A stretch of DNA of 63,322 nucleotides, the filler included, from Folioceros fuciformis (lineage: Eukaryota): NCBI GenBank assembly GCA_049999805.1. It is 8 parts of 8 records of this genome, joined end to end, with 100 filler letters (N's around TTAATTAATTAA, not from the genome) between each part and the next. Parts side by side here need not be neighbours in the genome. Positions count along the whole stretch, not along the records: positions 46,657 to 60,583 come from JBNGIO010006036.1; positions 60,684 to 63,322 come from JBNGIO010006048.1; 6 more parts are not named here. One strand, 5' to 3'. Positions 51,397 to 63,322 of this stretch are shown piece by piece (positions within the stretch are counted from its first letter, which is position 1; each line of letters begins with the position of its first letter). The notes beneath the pieces are model-generated. The model saw only the letters and a list, made by a program, of their open reading frames with translations. It was not told where the DNA came from and did no database searches. A program made the position numbers and the translations under genes.

Positions 51397-51960
51397 GTGG
51401 GCGGAGTGACACTGGAGCTGGAAGCAGTCAGCAAGAACGTCGCCAGCAAGATGAAGACTCCCCACAACATACTTGGCGCCACCACAGCTCCCTCTGGATC
51501 AGTTCCTGGAATAGATGAAACAGGACCACCGACTACAGCTGACAAAGACCTATTGTGGCATCTGCACAAGACTCTGGAGAAGTGTGACAAATTGAGGAAC
51601 CTACTCAAGGCAACTAGGATGCACACTCGCGAGCTAGAGGAACTGTTACCAAACGAGCCTAAGGGCTCAAAATAATCTCGAGTAATGACTCTTGAAGAGT
51701 GCAAGGCAGTGACGAGAGAATTGGAGAGCCTTGGCTACGTCTGCAAACCTTCAGTGAACAAGCAGCGTGACATGCAGAAAGGTAAAACTTGTGGCACCAC
51801 TCACGACTTGATTCTAAACCTTTTTGCTTCATCCATTGAGTGTGCCATATCTCGAAATGCAATGTTCAGGGCAGAGAGAAAATCAGTCCTAACCTGGGCT
51901 AGCTTAGTGGGGATTGACTACTTGGACAGAACTCCTGCCCTATGGCATCAAATTGGGTAG
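51397..51960 (+). pseudogene. Candidate antisense ORF in the Copia 3' region
   Basis: ORFs at 51397 and 51685 are in one frame split by a single TAA; the final stop is 1 bp from the pol stop. Confidence 0.55.
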
Positions 51961-51961
51961 G

Positions 51962-53080
51962 TTAGGCACTGGGTGTAGGAGTGGTGAAAACCCTCAAACC
52001 CAAGGCCTGCTTGTAATGTTTCTCCTTGGAGAGTCCCTTCGTAAAAACATTAGCTGTGTTTTCATCTATACTAACATATTGCACTTGCACTATCCCCCTT
52101 TCAGCCACAGCACGAATGCAATGATGATACAACTCAATATGCTTGGTCCTTGCATGGAACCTCGGATTGGCTACAAGCGATATAGCCGACATATTGTCAC
52201 ATAAAAGAGTAGTAGGGCCAGATTGAGGTGAGTTTACTACATCCAAAAACTGCCTTTCCCACTCTAACTCCTTGCATGTGTTTGTCAGGGCCTTATACTC
52301 AGCCTCAGTTGATGAAAACGGCAAAGACATTTGCTTCTTGCATGACCAGTTCACAACACCACTTGCAAGGAAGAACACATATGCTAAGAGACTCTTTCAA
52401 GAGTCAACATCGGATGCCTAGTCGGCATCAGCAAAAGCAGATAGTGTGAAATCTTGTCAGCCAGAGGAAGTATAGTGCAACCCCAAGGTAATGGTCCCCT
52501 TCAAGTACCTGTAGATACGTTTCACTGCTGCCCAGTGGAACTTCCCAGGATTCTGGAGAAACTGAGAGACTACACTAACAGCATATGATATGTTTGGCCG
52601 AGTCCAGTTAGCCAAGAAGATTAAGCACCCAACAGCTCCTGCATAAGGAACTGCTGACAAAGCCATCTGCTCAACTTCATCAAGAGATGACTACTCACGG
52701 GTAAGCTTCTCCCCTACTACAGAGGGTGTTGACACTGACTTGGCAGCATCCAAGCTAAAACGCTTTAGTATTTCCTTTATGTATTTAGTTTGGTGCAAAA
52801 TAATAGTACCTTGTTCTCTGTTACGTAGAATCTGGATACCCAGGTAGTACTGCAAAGGGCCCTGATTAGTCATCTCAAATTCTGAACAAAGAAGGGCCTT
52901 TACTTCATCGAGCTTAGAAGGGCTGTTACTAATAGGATGGCATCGTCCACATACAACGCCAAGATCACAAATAGACTCTTAGAAGCAAGGTAGAAAACAT
53001 TGTTGTCAGCAGGTGATTGAACAAAACCATTTTTCCTTAAGAACTTCATAATGCGTTTATACCAGGCACGGGGACTCTGC
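51962..53080 (-). pseudogene. Copia RT-RNase H
   Basis: QSPRAWY, LYVDD, WTRPNI, SSTEAEY, HARTKH. Confidence 0.93.
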
Positions 53081-53298
53081 TGTTTAGAATTCATCAAAGA
53101 TACATTTTACTATGAATCAGACGTTTCCATAGCATGCGGCTGACAGTTAAAAACCATTGGCGTTCACGTTCACGTGACTATTAATATCTAGGACTATTTA
53201 TGAATATATATATATAAATAAGTAATTAGGTTTTTTTCCTATTTAGCTATCCAGGCGGCTACCCTAGACTACTCTTCAATACTTCTTTACTCCCACTT
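53081..53298 (-). repeat. 3' LTR (53081-53289) plus PPT
   Basis: Starts with TG exactly where the previous RT breaks; followed by CTCCCACTT. Confidence 0.7.
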
Positions 53299-53829
53299 AG
53301 TCGCAGCAGTAGCCATTCAGTCTTGAACTTCTCGAACTTGGCCCGGCCGCCAGCTACTGCTGACAGCTAGACGATCTCTCAGATGTTGCAATTCGATGCG
53401 CTAATCCTTTACATTCACAACTGCGGCGGCTTTCTTAGCTACATTCAGGCGTACCACCAAGCATACTTGAAAATTCTTCTCGCGTTTTACCACGCAACCA
53501 TGGTGACAGAGGGGCGTCGTCACAACTCCCACTCAAGCTCTCCACCCACGATAAGTGAAGAGAGTGCTCGCCACCAGCTTTGATTGTGGCATCGCCGCCT
53601 AGCAAAAGCTCAAGGGTTGAGTGCAGCAACTGTCGACTCATTGCGCACTCTTCCTACAACCTTACGCTGTCCGGCCATGCGGCTGACACTACACCAGCCA
53701 CATGTCTTGGATGGCGGCTCTGTGGTGATGATATTCAATTCAATGCTTCAAGTTGTGAAGTGCTAAAGGATCTACGTCTTGCTTGTTTGTGCTTTCGGTT
53801 GTTGAATCCTCTTGAGGTTGGTCAGTCCT

Positions 53830-54979
53830 AGTGCTGCTACATGCTCTTCATGCTTTGCCCTAGGCAAAGACTTGGTAAGAATGTCTGCCACGTTTTCAGC
53901 TGTCAGCACATATATTCTACCCTGATGTGCCTATCTTCTATCGCTTTCATGATGAAATGCAACTTAACGTCCATGTGACTCGTCCTTGAATGCATAATTG
54001 GATTTTTGCTCAATGCAATAGCGGACTGATTATCGCACTTGAGTATTGTGGCCTACTCTTGTGTATGTCCCAGGGAATCAAGCAACGCTCTCATGCATGA
54101 TCTCCTAGACCGCACTCACGGCAGCTATATACTCTGATTCCGTGGATGATAGCACAACGACACTCTGTTTCTTTGAGGCCCGCAATTTTTATGCAGTATG
54201 ATGTGATTGACCTTCTAGTATTGGTGTCCGACGCCCAGTCGGAGTCTGACCACGCATGCATTTCAATGATACTCTGTGATTCGCTCTGTTGTGCATTGAC
54301 TAGGCCCAAATCCGCAGTTCCTTTTAAATACCTAAGTATTTGTTTTGCTGCTACCCAGTGTGCAGGTCCTAGATGAACCAAATATTGTGAAACCAGTGAC
54401 ATCGCAAAAGCTATATCGCGCCTGGTCCAATTTGCCACCTAGAGCAAACATCCCACAAGTACCTGGTATGGAACTTGCTGCATCTGCTTCTCTTCCTCCA
54501 GCGTCTTAGGAGACTGCTCCTTATTGAGCAACGCAACTATTGCTACAAGTGTGTTCACAGGCTTAGCCTCAGTCATATTAAACTTTTCCGGCAACCTCTG
54601 AATATAATGTCTCTGATGTATCACGATCCTACTAGGTGTGGTGAGGAGCTCAGCCTGCACTCCAAGGAAGAAAGAAGCTTAGCCGAGATCAATCATCTTA
54701 AACTCTGACTTGAGAATTTGCTTAACCTCCTTCATGACTGCTGATGACGAAGATAGTATCAAAGTGTCGTCAACGTACACCGCCAGGTATGTCACTTGAT
54801 CTCCTTTTCTATAGATGTACACATAGCTATTAGAGGCACATTGAACAAATCCCTTACGAAGGAGATACTTATGTAGTCTTCTGTTCCACTCTTTGGGAGA
54901 TTGCTTCAGACCATATAGGGTTTTCAGCAGTTTGCAAGCGTCTGTAGGTCGATTTTTATCTACAAATCCCTCAAGTTGA
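53830..54979 (-). pseudogene. Copia RT-RNase H
   Basis: LYGLKQSP, YVDD, WSDSDWA, ADILTK; stops and frameshifts. Confidence 0.92.
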
Positions 54980-57900
54980 TGTTGAAATAGCACCACAGGC
55001 CTAGAAGGACTCCACAATTCCTTACTTATGGTGCACAGGATGCTACATATATAGCCTTCAAGCGGGGCAACCCTCGATAAGGTAAGCCTTAGTCTCGAGG
55101 GTGCAATATCCTAGCATATCCTGATATATCCTGTTAACACTTAGGTGATAGATAACTACGAGTTCAATATGGGATAATCTACACTATCCTAAGTGTTGTA
55201 TGCTCTTAATAACAATTCAGTTAGAGCTTGATTTCTAACACTCCCCCTCAAGCTCAGACTATTTGTAACACTCAAAGTAGTTCACGAAAGTGTAAGAACT
55301 TATCTCTACCTAGCGACTTAGTAAAGATATCTGCTACCTGGTCTTCGGTCTTCACGTGCCGAAGATCTATCTTCTCAGATAATACCGCTTCCCTGATGAA
55401 ATGATAATGTACTTCTATGTGCTTCGAACGAGCATGAAACACAGGATTAGTAGCCAACCTCATGCTACTCATTGTAGGGTTATTAAAGCCCAATGTGCTT
55501 AGGCTAATGTGTTTAGTCTAAGATTAGTGTCTAGTTAATGTGCTTAGACTAATGTGTTTAGTCTAAGATTAGTGTCTAGTTAATGTGCTTAGACTAATGT
55601 GTTTAGTCTAAGATTAGTGTCTAGTTAAGTATCATTAGTTTAGATTAGCTTAAGCTAATCTGTAGGAAGCTTCTTGCGCAGCTTCCTGTGAGCTTCTTGT
55701 GAAGCTTCCTAGGGAGCTCTTCTAGAGGGTATAAATACCCCCTTGAGCTCCCTTGCCAACTACTCTCAATGTGACCTCTTTTTCTCCTCTCCTCTCTGCC
55801 TCCTCTTCTCCTCTCCTCCACCATGCTCCTCTAGTGATCCTACACTCATGTTGTCACAGTAGATTGTAACCTTGCTGTTCACTATATTTCCAAGATCATG
55901 TAGCAACTTCTGCAACCAAGCTGCTTCACAGGCTGCCATTGCAGCTCCTCGATACTCTGCTTCTGTGCTTGACAAAGCAACTGTCGGTTGTTTCTTGCTT
56001 TGCTAGCTGATCATACTACTTCCCAGACTGAATGCATATCCACTAGTTGATCTTCTGTCATACGCACAACCGGCCTAATTAGCATCTGTATATCCTGTCA
56101 GTTCAAGATGCTTCCTATGCTCATAGAGCAATCCAAACGCAATAGTTCCTTTCACATATCTCATGATTCTTCTAACTGCATCCAAGTGCGGTTTCCTTGG
56201 GTTCTGCATGAATTGACTAATCAGTCCCACTGCATAACTTAAGTCAGGACGTGTGATAGTCAAGTAGATCAAACTTCCGACCATCTGTCGATACATAGTC
56301 ACATTTTCCAGCTTAGCTCCTACATCCATTTGCAGCTTGACGTTCTGCTCCAATGGTGTATCCATCGCTTTGCAATCAGCCATGCCATACTTCTGCAATA
56401 TATCCTTAGCATATTGTTTTTGGAATAGCCAGATTCCTTGAAGTGTAGACACAACCTCAATTCCTAAGAAGTATCTGAGTTCACCAAGATCCTTCACCTT
56501 GAACTCTTTTTGCAGATTCGCCTTGACATCTGCAATACCATCTGCATCATCTCCTGTGATGATCAGGTCGTCAACATAAACGACAAGACACACTTGTCCT
56601 ACCTTGGTTTGTTTTACAAACAGACTGTGATCTGCGTCTCCAATCACAAACCCTCGCTCCTTCAAATAGCTTGTGATACGAGCATTCCTTGCTCTAGGTG
56701 CCTGTTTGAGTCCATACAATGCCTTCTTGAGTTTGCAGATGTATGCTGGAAACTTAGGATGAACATAGCCTTCAGGCTGTTCCACGTACACTTCCTCCTG
56801 CAACTCACCATTCAAGAAGGCATTCTTGACATCCATTTGCCATAACTTCCATCCTTTAGCTGCTGCTAGTGCTATGGCTGTCCTTACAGTTGTCATCTTG
56901 GCTACTAGACTAAAGGTTTCCTCATAATCAAGACCATACTGTTGTGCATATCCCTTTGCAACCAACCTGGCCTTGTAACGCTCTAGCGTTCCATCTGACT
57001 TGAACTTCAGCTTGTACACCCACTTAGAACCAATAGGAACCTTGCCATCAGGCAATTGAACCAAATCCCACGTTCCGTTCTCAACTAATGTTGAGTATTC
57101 TTCATCCATGGCTTGACACCACTTATCATCTGTCACTGCCTCAGCAAACTTGGTTGGCTCCTTACAAGCTGTGACCCTTGTCATATACGCATAATGTTGC
57201 GCATTGTAGCTTGTATAGGTGTACCTGTCAATGGGATTCCTAACCCTCTCATATCTCCTTGGTCTTGGTTCATTTTGAACCTGCCTTGCATATTATTGCT
57301 CCTTAGCACCTGGCGTTTCCACAGACGGAATGCCAAACTCACTGTCAATGCTCTCATTACTTGAGGATTCATATCCCTCATTTCTAGTTTTGCTGCTTTC
57401 TACTCTCCCCCTCACTGACATATCCGGGTCAGTGGTCTTCGGTTTACCATTCCGCAGTCTTCCAGACCATGGATTCACCGTTGGTGATCCACCATTGGTC
57501 GCATCCTCACTCTTTGCTGGAGTACTCTTAACAGTACTCCCCCCTGTGGGTTTGTTATAGGGTAGTGTAACTGAGTTGCTATACCAGGAGGCTAACTCAT
57601 CAAATACCACATCCTTGCTTATCAAGATCTCATGTGTGGATGGCACATAACACTTATATGCCTTCCTATTTCGTGCATACCCCAGAAAAACACTCTTCAC
57701 TGCTTTAGGATCCCGCTTCCTACGCTTCTCATCAGGTACATGCACATATGCAATGCACCTAAACACTTTCAAGTGCCTAATATCCAGCTTATAGCCATAC
57801 AGTCTCTCAATTGGTGTAGCATCATGAATTCCTGCCGTAGGAGTTCGATTCAGTACATACACTGCTGTCATTACTGCTTCTGCCCAATAATCATTAGGTA

Positions 57901-60583
57901 AGCACTTCTCATTCAGCATTGCCCTTGCTATTTCCATGACTACCCTGTTCTTCCTCTCTGCAACACCATTATGATGTGGTGTGTATCTGCAAGTCAACTG
58001 TCTTTGTATACCATGATCTGCAAGATACCTGTCAAACTCATTTGAGACATATTCTCCCCTTCCATCTGATCTTAGACAAGAGATGGAGTAGCTGAATTCA
58101 TTTTCAGCATACTTTTTGAAGTCCTTGAAAGACTCGAACACTTCATCCTTATGCTTCAGTATGTACAGCCACGTGTACCTGCTGAAATCATCAATGAAGG
58201 AGACATAATAGTGGGCTCCTCCAAACGATGCATTCTGTGAAGGACCCCATACATCAGAGTGTATCAATTGCAAAGGTCTCGAGCTGTTCTGCTCGTGTTG
58301 CACAAATGGAAACCTTGACTGTTTTCCAAATTGACATGTAGAACACACATGACCAAGATCAGCATACTTGAACTTGAGCAATCCTTCCACCATGCTTTTC
58401 TGTTGCATAGATTTCAGCTTCTCTATGTTCACATGCCCAATCCTCTTATGCCATATTTCAACATCACGTATGGCACCTGCATCATTTGCAAACATTGCTG
58501 CATTTAGCTCTGGAATGGATGCATCCAGAGTGAACATCTGTCCATTCCTACTACCTTTAGCAATCAGTTTGCGCTTTCTGTCATATTCTTCAATAAAGCA
58601 TCCATCTTTATTGAATCGAACCTGCAGATTTTGTTCAGCCATCTGCCCAACAAACAACAGGCTCTTCGTAATGGTTAGAACATGCAACACATCTTGCAGA
58701 CTCTTCTGCTGACCATTCGGCATCCTAAGAGGAACAATTCCTCTGTGCTTTATGTCATGTTGTGTGTCATCTCCTGTACACACATGGCCATGGGGACTTG
58801 CATCCATCTTGTTAAACCACTCGCCATGCGGAGTCATGTGGTTTGATGCTCCTGAATCAATGTACCATCTCTCATCATTCTTCCCATCCTGTTCAGAAAG
58901 ATGTTGCTTGGCGAACAACCTATCATAGTCATTTCCAGCATTACTAAAGGAGGCATAGTTCCCATGCTGCCTTCCTTTTCCTCTCATGTATGCTTGCTGC
59001 TTATAGCAGTCCTTAGCAATATGACCAATCTTACCACAGTAGTAACACTCCTTGTCTCTATTGGAATGGTCATGAGATTGAAAAGAACCACCTCTTCCTC
59101 TTGTGGCTCTACCTGCGCCTCTAAAACTTTCAGATTCTCTCTGGCCTTGCGTATTTCCTCCACGCCAATTGTCTTGCTGATTTTGCGTGTTCCGAGCATC
59201 ACCCCGTCCTCGGAATGAACCATGACCTCAATGGCCTCTCCCATGCTGGTTAGAAAACAAAACAGTGTCTCTCCCTTGAGATATACCTGAACCTGTGTTC
59301 AGACCAAGCTTAACTTCCTCATGCAGCAACAAAGCAACCAATTCATCCCAACTTGGGAACTCAACTCTTACAAAGATTGATGTGTCAAAGGACTTGTACT
59401 CCTTGCCAAGTTCGTTCAGAGTAATTGCAACCATGTCATCTTCCGTCACACTTGCACCGATTGTAGCAAGCTGATCAGCTATGGTCTTCACCTCTGTTGT
59501 ATACACGAGTATGGATCTGCTACCTCGTGACAAGTTGTTGAACTGCTGCTTCAACTGGATTTTCCTAGCATGTGTGACATTTCCATAGTTCCTCATGAGT
59601 ATGTCCCATGCATCCTTTGGAGACTCACATCCCGTGATCTGTATGACCATAGCATCTAAAATGCTTAAGGAGAGCCAGTGTAACACTTTACATGCTCTCT
59701 CAGTCCAATGCTTGTGAGCAGTCTTTTGCTTCTATGATGGAGTACGATCCATCTCTGGTTCACTCTCATCACCTGTGCATAGGTCCCAATAGCCTCTACC
59801 TACCAAGAAGTTCTTCATCCTGAACTTCCAAAAAGCAAACATTCTTGTTATCCAACTTCTCTCGCACGACCTGAGAGATATTGTCTGATCCCTCCACATT
59901 AGCCATGATTCAGGCTCCTTTACGCACCAACACTTGTCCTGCAACTCCTTGCACTGCTGTAGAGCTCCAGCACTCCACAAGCCTCAATCAAATCTCAACA
60001 ATTCCTGAATGTGCAGCTGACTCTTCACTAAGCAAAAACAGCCTTTGCTCAAGCTTTCAAAAAAAAAAAAAAAAACACTGTTTGCCAAGTTCAGGCCTTC
60101 CTCCTCACAAATCCTGGGCTTGCTATGGCTTTCACGGCCTGGTTGCCTCCAGTAGTTGCTGCTCCTCCTGAGTCTCTCTCCCTCTCGCACCTCTCTCGCG
60201 CTCTTGCGCCTATAGCGCCTGTTGCGGCTTCCTACGCCGCTGCGCCTCCTGTGCCTCTCAATGGCTTGCGTTGCCAGCCACCTTCACGCTCACGGCCATA
60301 GCCTCAAACCCCCGCCATAGCTGCAATGGCCGCCGGCGCTCTCTCTGGCTCTGATACTATGTTGAAATAGCACCACAAGCCTAAAAGGACTCCACAGTTC
60401 CTTACTTATGGTGCACAGGATGCTACATATATAGCCTTCAAGCGGGGCAACCCTCGATAAGGTAAGCCTTAGTCTCGAGGGTGCAATATCCTAGCATATC
60501 CTGTTAACACTTAGGTGATAGATAACTACGAGTTCAATATGGGATAATCTACACTATCCTAAGTGTTGTATGCTCTTAATAAC
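54980..60583 (-). mobile_element. Near full-length Copia with both LTRs
   Basis: 3' LTR 54980-55240 with PPT 55241-55249; 5' LTR from 60360 (cut by spacer); PBS TAGTATCAGAGCC 60347-60359; gag ~59000-59900, PR-INT 57293-58987, RT 56075-57184, RNase H to 55272. Confidence 0.96.
55473..55844 (+). mobile_element. Solo LTR, family A (372 bp), inserted in RNase H
   Basis: TSD CTCAT (55468-55472 / 55845-55849); TGTAGG..CCTACA; removal restores CDNMSSMRLATNPVFH. Confidence 0.95.
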
Positions 60584-60683
60584 NNNNNNNNNNNNNNNNN
60601 NNNNNNNNNNNNNNNNNNNNNNNNNNNTTAATTAATTAANNNNNNNNNNNNNNNNNNNNNNNNNNNNNNNNNNNNNNNNNNNN

Positions 60684-62190
60684 GTCAACAATTATGCACT
60701 TGTCTCCCTTAAATAGCACATTCAGAGTGGTGTATGAAGTCAGCTTCCTTACTGATAGCAGATTCTTAGTGACTGCAGGAACGTGAAGAACGTCGTGCAG
60801 CACTAGAGTCTTCCCATGATGCAGGTGCAGGGTCACTGTACCCATCCCAACTATGGGCAGTGGGCTCTCATCACCTAAGAGTACGGACTGCATGTCCCTA
60901 TACTTCTCATACTCACACAATGAGGACCTACTGTGACAGATATGCGCAAATGCTCCAGAGTCAACAAACCATGCTGAGGTATGCGTACCAGCCGTGGTCA
61001 AGCAAAGTGTAAGAATGACTTTTGGGTTTTTCTTCTTAACAACTTACATAGTGTGCACCTCCAGAGAGCCTGCAGTTTCCTTCTTGGGCTCACCAGCTTT
61101 GCGTTTCCAGCAATCTCGAGCCCAATGACTTGGTATGCCACACCAATGGCAATTTCCAGCCTTCTTTTTACTTCCTGAAGCTTGTCCAGGAGCACTAAAA
61201 CTAGGTCTGCTGCCTCTGTTTGAGTTCCAGCCACCACGTCCTCTTTGATACGGTTTGCCCTATCTAGCACACAAGGCTTGTTGACCTTGTGTCTGCTGTT
61301 TGCCAAATCTAGAGGACAGCTGCGTGGCTTCCTCTTGCAGCATGGCCCCAACGACACCGTTAAATATCAAGGGTTATGCATCAATTTTTAAGGCTTTTGA
61401 CAGCTGGGCCTCCACCTTTGCCATCGCCTGCTGACCAGTGACAAAGGGTCCAAAGCTGGGTGGTAATGAACTCAACAGCCTGCAACTATCTTCGTAGTCA
61501 GTAATCTTTACACCCGTGGAACATAGCTTCGCTTGTGCGATTCTGAATCTCCCGATGTAATGCTCCATAGTCTCACCTTCTGTCATTCAAAGGTTGTGGT
61601 ACCTTGCTGATGTAGACATAGACGCAGCCATATCGTGGGAAGCAAACATCATTGCTAAATGATCCCACATCTCCTTTGCTGAATCTCTAGGCCCATCTGA
61701 GGCTTGTCTAATCATTTCAGGACCCAGACCTGAACGAATGAGGTTCCTAGCACGGATATTAGCCAAAGTCCATATTGGCAAGTTGGCAGAACTGACATCA
61801 GGATTCTCTATCTCTCCGCTCACAACATACCAGAGATTCTTTTCTTCAAGCGCACCTTGCATGCACATTACCCAGATGTCATATTCAGCACTAGTCACCA
61901 GACGGTCTTTCTCCTTAAACCCACCGCTGGTAAGTGACTACAATGCACTCAGCATGTCTTCTCTGGCCTTCTCCTCCTCATCCATGTTTTTACGACTAAA
62001 CAAAACTATTTCACTTTCTGGCAAGTCTATATTCACAGATGCACGGGTGGAATTTGCATCTGTACTACTAATTGACTCACTATCTGAAGACTCATCAATG
62101 TCTATAACACCGACTTCTTGCGCTAATGTCGAAGCCAGGCAGGTGTTCTATAAGGATGACTCTCGCTCATCTGTCACGGCTACCAGCATT
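60684..62190 (-). pseudogene. Copia gag-protease with acidic N-terminal extension
   Basis: KEKDRL…YDIW, LLSSLPPSF, frameshifted knuckle, WFVDSGA, KNLLSV. Confidence 0.88.
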
Positions 62191-63170
62191 GTTTGACTCA
62201 ACTTGTTTTTGTTGACAGTGAATGCAGACTGTATGGTTTTCATTAGCAGCCAAGGACTAAGTGATTTTTGTATGTTCCAGGATGTGGGGCTTAGCCAAGA
62301 CAAACAACTTCACATCCAACTGCATGTAGGATTCTAGTCTAGCAACTTGATCGGTAAGACAGTCCAGGGTTGACAGGATATGCTGGGTGCGACACAATGC
62401 TATGCAGTTAATATTATTGAGGCGTTTGAATAGATGTTAAACAGACACAGCGAGCGACTCAACTTGTCCTGTTCTCAACACTGGCTCTGAATGACACTGT
62501 GCAACAGGCTCAACAAGCTCTCGTCGACTGTATGACAGTGATCTACGATAGTGATGGATGCTTGGATTTGCAATAGCAAGGTTCGGAATCGTATGAGGTT
62601 GAGTACGCCTGTTTCTGTTCACTGAAATATTGGTCACATCAAAAGCAAGAACGAACTGGGGCATGCTCCTCTGATTGCGCTTACCAAAACGATGGCTTTG
62701 TGCCATCCTAGGAACAAGGTACACCGACCTCCCCATTTCCTTTACTTGCAGGATCTGCAATTCGAATTGCCATACTCAACCCTTCCACAATCGCTGCACT
62801 CGCTAGCAGTTGCAGGGTCCACCTACTAACCTCTAGACTGCACTATACAGGAAAATCAAGATGGTCGATGGACAATCTTGACACGCCTGTGCATGTGAAC
62901 TGCCCTCTTCTTCCGCTGCTGCTCGTTGCGCCACAGAATAGCGCTCACTGCTCGATCGATCATGAGGGCAAATTCCGGGTTCATGAATTGACGAAGGTAC
63001 AACATCCAGCCAACCCATTGATTAAGGGGAAGGCTACCCATAGCGAAAAAACGTTCTTGATTGAATAACAACTTTATAGGGCGTTGGTGCAATCCATGTA
63101 CTTCCTGTCAAAGTGACAGAAAAGATTGCGCCTCCATAGAGGGCGTAGGGATTACATCAACACCTGATCA

Positions 63171-63322
63171 AAGCTCGGATACCATGACGCTGTGTATACA
63201 AAGTTGCATCAAAAAAAGAAAAGATAGCGCACATAGTTCTTGTAGGTTCGTGTACAAGCGCGCAGGTGACACACGACAGTTATTTGTGTAACTACCTTCT
63301 AACCCTAACTACTTATTTTAGG
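63171..63322 (-). promoter_or_regulatory. PBS TGGTATCCGAGCTT (63171-63184) and part of the 5' LTR (63185 to window end)
   Basis: tRNA-iMet-like PBS following …CGTCA on the minus strand. Confidence 0.78.

Overview
Eukaryotic, almost certainly land-plant, heterochromatin made entirely of decayed and nested LTR retrotransposons. No host gene, rRNA, tRNA or CRISPR array is supportable. The window is not contiguous: eight contigs are joined by artificial 100-bp spacers (44N-TTAATTAATTAA-44N), so adjacency across those spacers is meaningless. Most elements are Ty1/copia, and one is a Ty3/gypsy gag-pol. Four nested insertions can be delimited exactly by 5-bp target-site duplications. The most unusual signals are: (1) a Copia family carrying a ~200-codon extra ORF between the PBS and gag, conserved at protein level in two diverged copies, plus a conserved 10-mer just before gag in three copies; (2) a ~4-kb TG..CA insertion with a 5-bp TSD and no internal LTR pair (giant solo-LTR-like) encoding a ~740-codon accessory protein, with homologues in two other contigs; (3) antisense ORFs filling the pol-to-PPT interval of several Copia elements; (4) a Copia with a half-tRNA-iMet PBS; (5) a gag-only derivative with a GC-rich repeat leader. 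Lineage names and functions are inferences; no searches were run.
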